A stretch of DNA of 41,358 nt from assembly GCA_001777055.1 (NCBI GenBank), contig MFCX01000032.1, forward strand, positions 1-41,358, given 5' to 3'. Within the stretch, counting starts at the first letter, position 1; every line of letters begins with the position of its first letter. The notes beneath the pieces were generated by a model. That model was not told the origin of the DNA, searched no databases, and was given only the letters and a program-made list of their open reading frames with translations. Source of the stretch: Candidatus Daviesbacteria bacterium RIFCSPHIGHO2_02_FULL_39_12 (GTDB taxonomy: Bacteria; Patescibacteriota; Microgenomatia; Daviesbacterales; UBA10151). The position numbers and the translations under genes are program-made. Below, one piece after another: positions 17,260 through 23,570 of the stretch.

Positions 17260-17974
17260 GTTTAGCAGCAGGGGAAGATGTTTGGGCAGAAGGAGTGGCG
17301 AACCTTTTTGGTTTTAAGATTCCTCCTTGGGGAATAATGTAAGTAAAATCCGTCTCAAAGAAATTATTTTTGCCAAAACTTCCTGTTAGGATGATAAAAT
17401 TGCCTATTTTGAAATCAGCAGAATCCGGCAACGAAACAGCCATATTTTTAAAGCTACGATCTTTTAAGGTGATTATTTTATCTGAAATAGCGGCAATTTG
17501 ACCCCAAAGGTAAGTTTTAGGTCGTGAGTCGTCTGTAGGCAGCAAGATAACCTCTCTGGCTGTAAGTACTCCATTTTCATCCACATCACCCAAGGCAGCA
17601 ATATAATCTTCCTCAAAGATTACTTTGGCACTAAAATTTTTCTTTTTAACTTTAGACGCAAAATTAGTATCCTGGTTAATATTAACTATTCTTGGACCGT
17701 AATCAGTTGCTAATGTTAAAGCAGTCTCGGATTTGAGTTTGACTTGACCTACATAAGCTTTGTCTTTTAATTTTTGATCAATAACTTCTTTTAACTTGGC
17801 AGCTTTTGAGGCAATTTCTTTTTTTAATTCTTCAAGCTTAATCTTAACTTCTGCAGAAGGGGTGGAATCAGCCGCGATCGCGGTTGCAGTGTAAAGTGTA
17901 AAGTTAAAAGTTAAAAGTGTAATTGCAACAATAATTTTGAACTTTGAACTTTGAATTTTGAACTTGTTTATCAT
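17252..17974 (-). CDS. secreted hypothetical protein (240 aa)
   Basis: N-terminal signal-like segment IIVAITLLTFNFTLYTATAIA. The N-terminus is encoded by two heptamer tandem arrays. Confidence 0.6.
   Translation of the reverse strand: MINKFKIQSSKFKIIVAITLLTFNFTLYTATAIAADSTPSAEVKIKLEELKKEIASKAAKLKEVIDQKLKDKAYVGQVKLKSETALTLATDYGPRIVNINQDTNFASKVKKKNFSAKVIFEEDYIAALGDVDENGVLTAREVILLPTDDSRPKTYLWGQIAAISDKIITLKDRSFKNMAVSLPDSADFKIGNFIILTGSFGKNNFFETDFTYIIPQGGILKPKRFATPSAQTSSPAAKPK
17891..17963. repeat. two adjacent heptamer arrays (GTAAAGT x2 + TAAAAGT x2 at 17891-17918; TTTGAAC-type x4 at 17936-17963)
   Basis: Read directly. They encode the N-terminal KFKIQSSKFKI and LLTFNFTLY segments on the minus strand. 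Confidence 0.85.
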
Positions 17975-18402
17975 ATTTTCTCCTTTGAATAGTACAATGT
18001 CCTTTGGATTTGCTTTGAGTCTCCATTGTTATCAAATACTACTGCTGTAATTTTGTTAACGCCTTCATTTAGGTCTAAAGTAGTGGAAAAACTGCCATTA
18101 AGCTTGGATTTTGTCACCAAGCTTTTGGAATCTGTGAAAATTAAGACCTCTTTTGCAGGAGAAGTTTGACCTGATACTAAAATAGGGCTTTGGAAGACTA
18201 AACTGTCTTCATCAGGATGGCTTAAGTCTAAGATTAAAGTTTTGGGAGGAGTAGTGACAGGGCCTTTGGAGAATGGTTTGGACCCCCTTTGATACTGAAT
18301 ATTCAATATGTAATATAAACCTCCTAAAAATAACAATCCTGCAATTAAAATTGAAATTTGAGAAACCACGAAGACTTTAAGGGATAATTTCTTATTAACC
18401 AC
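17971..18402 (-). CDS. membrane-anchored hypothetical protein (143 aa), Ig-like C-terminal part possible
   Basis: GTG start and a single N-terminal TM segment. It has a 4-nt overlap with the downstream gene. Confidence 0.55.
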   Translation of the reverse strand: MVNKKLSLKVFVVSQISILIAGLLFLGGLYYILNIQYQRGSKPFSKGPVTTPPKTLILDLSHPDEDSLVFQSPILVSGQTSPAKEVLIFTDSKSLVTKSKLNGSFSTTLDLNEGVNKITAVVFDNNGDSKQIQRTLYYSKEKI

Positions 18403-18442
18403 TTGTATATATTAAATCTCTCTTGTTGGACAGTCAACCTTT

Positions 18443-19123
18443 ATGTTAATATCCAAACCGATGGATATTTACTGGTTAGGCCAAGCTTGTTTTAGGCTAA
18501 GAGGCAAAAATGCCCAAGTTGTAATCGATCCGTTTGATTCTACATTTACCGGCCTGAAATTACCAAAAGAGTTATCTGCAGATATAGTTTTATCTACTCA
18601 CGAGCATCAAGACCACAATAATACAGGCGACGTGACTACTACTCCTTCAGGCGCCGGTAAACCAATGGTTTTTAAAAAGCCTGGAGAATACGAAGTAGCA
18701 GGAGTGGTTATTACCGCGATAGAGTCTTTTCATGATAATACGAGTGGCTCAGAAAGAGGTAAAAATACTATTTTTCATCTAAATTTAGACGGTTTAAACA
18801 TAGTTCATTTAGGAGATTTAGGTCAATTGGAGTTAACAGAGAAACAAGTAGCTCAAATCGGCCAAACGGATATTTTATTGTTGCCTGTAGGTTCAGTTTA
18901 TACTATTGATGGTAAGCAGGCTGCTGCTATTGTGGCTCAACTTGAGCCAAAAATTATTATTCCTATGCATTACAAAATAGATGATTTAAAGTTTGAACTT
19001 GAGGGAATGGAGAAATTCCTAAAAGAAATGGGAGCAGAAGGGGTAGTTGCCCAACCTAAGATAAGTATTACTAAAGAGAAGTTACCTGAAGAGTCCCAGG
19101 TAGTAGTTTTAAGTAAAACATAA
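18443..19123 (+). CDS. metallo-beta-lactamase-fold hydrolase (UPF0173-like)
   Basis: HEHQDH (HxHxDH) motif and a YWLGQACFRL N-terminus. An alternative start at 18461 is possible. Confidence 0.85.
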   Translation: MLISKPMDIYWLGQACFRLRGKNAQVVIDPFDSTFTGLKLPKELSADIVLSTHEHQDHNNTGDVTTTPSGAGKPMVFKKPGEYEVAGVVITAIESFHDNTSGSERGKNTIFHLNLDGLNIVHLGDLGQLELTEKQVAQIGQTDILLLPVGSVYTIDGKQAAAIVAQLEPKIIIPMHYKIDDLKFELEGMEKFLKEMGAEGVVAQPKISITKEKLPEESQVVVLSKT

Positions 19124-19145
19124 CTCAAAACTCAAATGCGATTTT

Positions 19146-20504
19146 ATGTCACAGGCAACAAAGCTTCCTCCACAAAATATTGAGGCTGAACAATCCCTTC
19201 TTGGGGCGCTTCTGATTGATAAAGATTCTATTGTCAGAGTTTCCGAACTTTTGCACCCTACAGCCTTTTACCGCAGTGAACAGCATGGCCCTATTTATGA
19301 GGCAATCCAATCGTTATTTGAAAGAAGGGAACCAATTGATTTGGTAACTGTCACAGAAGAGTTAAAAAGAAAAGGTTTTTATGACAAAATAGGCGGGGCT
19401 GCCTACTTGACTACTCTAGTTAACGTAGTCCCAACCTCTGCGCATATCGAACACTATGCCAAAATCATTAAAGAGCACGCCGTCCGCAGAAGCTTAATTG
19501 TCCAAGCCACCAGATTAATAGAAAAAGCATATGATGAATCGGAAGGTGTTGATGAGTTACTGGAAGGAGCAGAAGCAGGCATCTTTGCTATTTCCCAAGA
19601 GCATGTCAGCCGGGATTTTTTGCCAATTAAAGATGCTTTAACTGAGTCTTTTGACCGCTTAGATGAGCTGCAAAAATCTTCCGGCAAACTCAGAGGAGTG
19701 CCAACCGGCTTTAGGGATTTGGATAATAAACTGGCAGGTATGCAAAACTCTAATTTAATAATTCTGGCTTCTAGACCCGGTCAAGGGAAAACAAGCATGG
19801 CTTTGAATATTGCCCAATATGTAGCTGTTACAGCAGGTTTGCCTGTAGGTATTTTCTCTTTGGAAATGAGCCAGGAAGAATTGGTAGATAGGTTACTGGT
19901 GGGTCAGGCAGATATTGATGCCTGGAAATTAAAAACAGGTAAATTAGATGAACAGGATTTTGACAAGCTGTCTTTGGCTATGGGTGAGCTGGCTGAGGCC
20001 CCAATTTATATAGATGACACTCCGGGTATAACTATTTCGGAAATGAGAACCAAAGCAAGAAGGTTACAGATTGAACATGGGTTAAAATTTCTGATTGTTG
20101 ATTATTTGCAGCTTGTGCACGGCAGGAATTTGGAAAATAGAGTGCAGGAAGTCTCAGAAATCTCTCAAAATTTAAAAAATTTGGCCAGGGAGTTAAAAAT
20201 TCCGGTGTTGGCTATCAGCCAGCTTTCCCGGGCGGTCGAACAAAGGGGTACCAGAAGGCCGCAACTGGCAGACTTAAGGGAATCAGGGGCCATTGAGCAG
20301 GATGCGGATGTAGTAATGTTTATTTACAGGGAAGACCCGGAAAAGCCGGAACTGGTGACTTTGGATATTCAAAAACACAGAAATGGCTCTGTGGGGGAGA
20401 TAGCATTAATGTTTAGAGCGGACAGGACTAAATTTTATGGTATGGAGAAAACCAGAACTCCCAAAGGTGAAAAAGATACAAAGGAGTTGTCTAAAGCAGC
20501 CTAA
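19146..20504 (+). CDS. dnaB: replicative DNA helicase DnaB
   Basis: PPQNIEAEQSLLGALL N-terminus, Walker A ASRPGQGKTS, IVDYLQL, ISQLSRAVE and LRESGAIEQDADVV. Confidence 0.95.
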   Translation: MSQATKLPPQNIEAEQSLLGALLIDKDSIVRVSELLHPTAFYRSEQHGPIYEAIQSLFERREPIDLVTVTEELKRKGFYDKIGGAAYLTTLVNVVPTSAHIEHYAKIIKEHAVRRSLIVQATRLIEKAYDESEGVDELLEGAEAGIFAISQEHVSRDFLPIKDALTESFDRLDELQKSSGKLRGVPTGFRDLDNKLAGMQNSNLIILASRPGQGKTSMALNIAQYVAVTAGLPVGIFSLEMSQEELVDRLLVGQADIDAWKLKTGKLDEQDFDKLSLAMGELAEAPIYIDDTPGITISEMRTKARRLQIEHGLKFLIVDYLQLVHGRNLENRVQEVSEISQNLKNLARELKIPVLAISQLSRAVEQRGTRRPQLADLRESGAIEQDADVVMFIYREDPEKPELVTLDIQKHRNGSVGEIALMFRADRTKFYGMEKTRTPKGEKDTKELSKAA

Positions 20505-20638
20505 AAATTTTACTGACTGCGGGTCGCACCCAACGAGCGGGAACATGGCGTTGCCCTCAGTGATGGGTCTTTATACCTTAACTTTGCGGGGGCGGCGGAA
20601 GCCGCCACAAGACAAAAAGAAAATGATATACTGATTTC

Positions 20639-21022
20639 ATGGACAATCTGCCCAAAGATCCACCAGATGATAATAATTCCACCCCTGCCTCGCCCGCAGG
20701 CGGGCCACCTACCTTTGGTTCTAATTTCAACCCCCATATCAATCCAATAGACCCAAACAATCCTTACCAACCACAACCTAATCCTGTCCCGCCTCCGCTA
20801 CAAACTCCTCCCCCAAATGTCCCCATTCCTCCGAATCCCTTGAATACTCCTGAAAACCCCGATGCTTTAAAACACGAACACTATTCAGAAGCAGCCCAAA
20901 ACAAACCAAGAGATGAACATGGTCACTTCATTCATACTAATCCTGACCCCCAAACCCCAATCCAATCAGGGCAAACACCCCCTGCGCCCCAAACCGCCCC
21001 TAATACTCCCAGCTGTAGGTAA
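20639..21022 (+). CDS. proline-rich protein, probably the N-terminal part of a frameshifted gene
   Basis: ATG ORF encoding PxP-rich low-complexity sequence. It stops at 21020-21022 while the next frame stays open. Confidence 0.45.
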   Translation: MDNLPKDPPDDNNSTPASPAGGPPTFGSNFNPHINPIDPNNPYQPQPNPVPPPLQTPPPNVPIPPNPLNTPENPDALKHEHYSEAAQNKPRDEHGHFIHTNPDPQTPIQSGQTPPAPQTAPNTPSCR

Positions 21023-21629
21023 ACTATTCCCCAATTTCTCTCCAATCCTTCACAGGTCAATCATTGCCCAAGGGATTATCCAAAAATCTACCAAAGGATA
21101 TTACCTGCAGGCAAATGATAAAGATAAAACCCTCTGGACTCTTCAGCCCAAATCACAAAATGTTAATCTGGCTGATTTTCAGGATCAGAAAGTAGAAGTT
21201 AAAGGCAACATGACCCCAACACCTAATTTAATAGAAATTTCAGAAGTTGTTTCTTTTGACCCTAAACCTTCGCCTACTCCTACTGTCCCAGCCATCCTTT
21301 TTTCCCCGAATACCCCCAATTCCCCGAACCTCCCTGATTCTTCTGTTTTACCTGCTCTTTATTCAGGGTTAACTTGGGAACTGACTCAAAGCAAAACTAT
21401 TCTATTTACTTCCGGCAAAAGAAGGATTGAGCAGGAAGGTGTTTATCTGCAATCCTCACAAGTTACAGATTTCCCTCAAGCATTTTTAGATTACTATACG
21501 AATGAGCTTACTAACTTAGGTTTTAAACAAAGCCTAAATTCTTCTGAGCCCTCCGGTACGACAATAACTTTTGCTAAAGATGACTTATTCTTAACTTTTG
21601 GAGTAAAACATATACTCCGGTTCGGGTGA
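20913..21629 (+). CDS. hypothetical protein; the real start is uncertain, probably the continuation of 20639-21022 after a frameshift
   Basis: The frame overlaps the previous ORF by 110 nt, and there is no plausible independent start near the overlap end. Confidence 0.45.
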   Translation: MNMVTSFILILTPKPQSNQGKHPLRPKPPLILPAVGKLFPNFSPILHRSIIAQGIIQKSTKGYYLQANDKDKTLWTLQPKSQNVNLADFQDQKVEVKGNMTPTPNLIEISEVVSFDPKPSPTPTVPAILFSPNTPNSPNLPDSSVLPALYSGLTWELTQSKTILFTSGKRRIEQEGVYLQSSQVTDFPQAFLDYYTNELTNLGFKQSLNSSEPSGTTITFAKDDLFLTFGVKHILRFG

Positions 21630-21675
21630 AAATAAAAAGATTATTGGTTATAAAGCCTTTATTGAACATAATTAA

Positions 21676-21985
21676 ATGAAAGGGTTTACCCTTGTTGAAC
21701 TTTTGGTTGTTATAGCAATTATTGCCATTTTGGCAGCTGTTGTTGTTTTGATTATTAACCCTCTGGAGCTAATCCACCGCAACTCTGCCCATAGATCCTT
21801 TAAACAATTCTGATTATCACTATACTTACTGTGCTGATGCTGATTCCTGGGAAATTAATGCAGCTTTGGAATCAGATCAACAATCATACAGAATGGCTGC
21901 TGACGGAGGCAACGAACCGGATAAATACGAGGTAGGCTCAAACTACTTCCTGATTTCTTCTGCAGGAGGAAGCTGTACATATTAG
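21676..21985 (+). pseudogene. type IV pilin-like gene, truncated and frameshifted
   Basis: MKGFTLVELLVVIAIIAILAAVVV is a prepilin N-terminal cleavage/methylation motif (G|FTLxE). The frame stops at 21811-21813. The +1 frame from 21785 continues LPIDPLNNSDYHYTYCADADSWEINAALESD...YEVGSN to a stop at 21983-21985. The middle of a normal pilin is missing. Confidence 0.55.
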
Positions 21986-22424
21986 CAGTAGATGTATATA
22001 TAATGTAGATATGGGTAAATTAATTACGGTTTCAGGTTTTGATTTACTCATTTTTTCGATCGTTCTAACAACCTTCCCGGATTCAGTTTTTTCCTCAGAA
22101 GCCCTCAAAGCCCTGATTCTTGGAGCCTCCTTAACTAGATATAATTCCGGAATACTAACCATCGGACCTCTCTGGGATCATTAGTAGTCATTGCATGTAA
22201 ATCTGCTACAAAGACTACGGGATGCTTGTCTTGTAATTCTAATCCCAGTAAAAAATTCTACTTGGTATTTTGGTTCTTTTTCTTTCATTTCTATTTTTTT
22301 GACATCAACTATATCTTTTCCGTTCTTTTCTTTTTTATTATACCACTTTATAGGCTGTTGTAAAGTAACCGATATTCAGCCTTCAATAAAATAACTCATA
22401 AGCTGATTTTGGTATAATACTTTT

Positions 22425-22968
22425 GTGGTTACTATAGTTTTTGAATCACATTCAACAAGTCTGGATGATGAAAATCATCTTTCATCGGGATGGAATGATG
22501 TTGAGCTTTCACCATTAGGAACACAGCAAGCAAAGGACTTAGGAGAACGAAGAAAAGATGAAAAATTTGATGCAATTTTTTTGTTCCGATCTTCAAAGAT
22601 CTTATAAAACAGCTGAAATTGCTTTTGATGATAAATTCCCAATAATTCGTGATGAAAGATTAAGGGAATGTAACTATGGTGATTTAACCCAAAGTCCTAG
22701 CGCACAAGTAACTCAAGAAAAGATTAAAAGAATTGATACCCCTTTTCCTAATGGAGAAAGTTATGAACAAGCTTCTGAAAGAATGAAAAGTTTCTTAAAA
22801 GATCTAGCTAAAAATTATAGCGGTAAAAAAATAATGATTATTGGTCACAGAGCTACGCAATACGGACTTGAACATTGGATAAAAGGAATACCATTACAAA
22901 AAGTTATTCCGGCTTCTTGGAGGTGGCAACCGGGATGGGTTTACAAACTTGAATACGAGACAATTTAA
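22425..22968 (+). pseudogene. histidine phosphatase (phosphoglycerate mutase-like) family gene split by a frameshift in a T7 run
   Basis: ORF 22425-22607 (MVTIVFESHSTSLDDENH...EKFDAIF) and ORF 22558-22968 (...CSDLQRSYKTAEIAF...IIGHRATQ) join into one typical protein if one base is removed or added at the T-run 22576-22582. Confidence 0.7.
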
Positions 22969-22989
22969 TGATTTATCCATCTAGTTTAC

Positions 22990-23030
22990 TTTGAGTAACA
23001 AAAGTGTTCTTTAGACAAAAGTTACTCAAA
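22990..23030 (+). terminator. perfect 10-bp inverted repeat after the phosphatase gene
   Basis: TTTGAGTAAC (22990-22999) pairs with GTTACTCAAA (23021-23030). The loop is 21 nt, which is long for an intrinsic terminator. Confidence 0.3.
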
Positions 23031-23091
23031 ATCAATAAAATAGAAAGATAGGAAAGAAAAAGCGAAAATTTCTCCAAAAAGAATCCTTCAA

Positions 23092-23212
23092 TTGGAGTTA
23101 GCTCCGATTTAATCGGAGTTAGCGAAGTCGCCGAAGGCGACTGAGCGAAGCGACACAATGCGATTAGCGAAGACCCGCGAAGCGGGGCTGAGCGACGAGG
23201 CGATACGCCGAC
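23092..23212. repeat. intergenic cluster of GC-rich mini-hairpins with GAA loops (GCGAAG family)
   Basis: ggagttagc x2, tccgatttaatcgga, gtcgccGAAggcgac and cccgcGAAgcggg are present. The AGCGAAG/GCGAAGC motif occurs four times within about 120 nt in an otherwise AT-rich context. Confidence 0.65.
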
Positions 23213-23382
23213 GAAAAATGCCTGGCTCGAACCAATGAAACAATGGATAGTGGAAGCTGCTAACGCAGCTAATATCGCAAGAGGAGATAACCTGGATGAG
23301 AAAAAGGTACTTTCTTTAAAAATCTTCGGCTCGAACAGCACACTAAAAGGCAGAAAAGTTTGTTGTGAAGCTCTGAATCAAT

Positions 23383-23403
23383 GGTCCGCCCTACGGGCGG
23401 ACC
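23383..23403 (-). terminator. 9-bp GC hairpin just 3' of tRNA-Leu
   Basis: GGTCCGCCC-tac-GGGCGGACC is a perfect stem. No U-tract follows on the minus strand. Confidence 0.3.
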
Positions 23404-23421
23404 CGCCCACTCGGGACTCTG

Positions 23422-23503
23422 TGCCGAGAGAGGGAGTCGAACCCTCATGCTTTTTGGGCACACGATTTTGAGTCGTGCGTGTCTGCCATTCCACCACCTC
23501 GGC
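23422..23503 (-). tRNA. tRNA-Leu (anticodon CAA), class II with long variable arm, CCA not encoded
   Basis: The reverse complement reads GCCGAGG-TG-GTGGAATGGCAGACAC-GCACGA-CT-CAA-AA-TCGTGT-GCCCAAAAAGCAT-GAGGG-TTCGACT-CCCTC-TCTCGGC-A. The acceptor stem has 7 bp (one G-U), the T-loop is TTCGACT, and the anticodon loop is CTCAAAA. Confidence 0.9.
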
Positions 23504-23570
23504 GTAAATTGAATTATATCAGCTTTAATGGGCTAGACAAAGGAGCTTTATTTGGATACACTCAGCACAT

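Noticed and set aside
20591-20606. Hairpin GGCGGC-ggaa-GCCGCC after dnaB as an intrinsic terminator or small RNA.
   Set aside because: No U-tract follows on either strand. The surrounding 130 nt show no recognisable ncRNA motif (no SRP, RNase P or tmRNA signatures). It is left unannotated.
20510-20776. ORFs 20437-20634 (plus), 20510-20776 (minus) and 20578-20760 (minus) around the dnaB 3' end and the Pro-rich gene.
   Set aside because: They overlap dnaB or the Pro-rich ORF and read through GC/Pro-codon-rich sequence that suppresses stops in several frames.
21938-22394. ORFs 21938-22162 (minus) and 22191-22394 (plus) between the pilin relic and the phosphatase gene.
   Set aside because: The first overlaps the pilin C-terminal reading frame. 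The second is Phe/Ser/Ile low-complexity sequence with no SD or promoter. They are possibly remnants of a small decayed gene on the minus strand, but I cannot support a call.
22973-23471. ORFs 22973-23341 (minus), 23235-23471 (plus) and 23269-23463 (minus).
   Set aside because: They run through the GC-rich mini-hairpin cluster and across the tRNA-Leu gene. The translations are repeat-derived (SPRRSAPLRGSS...). They are most likely artefacts of stop-poor GC-rich sequence.
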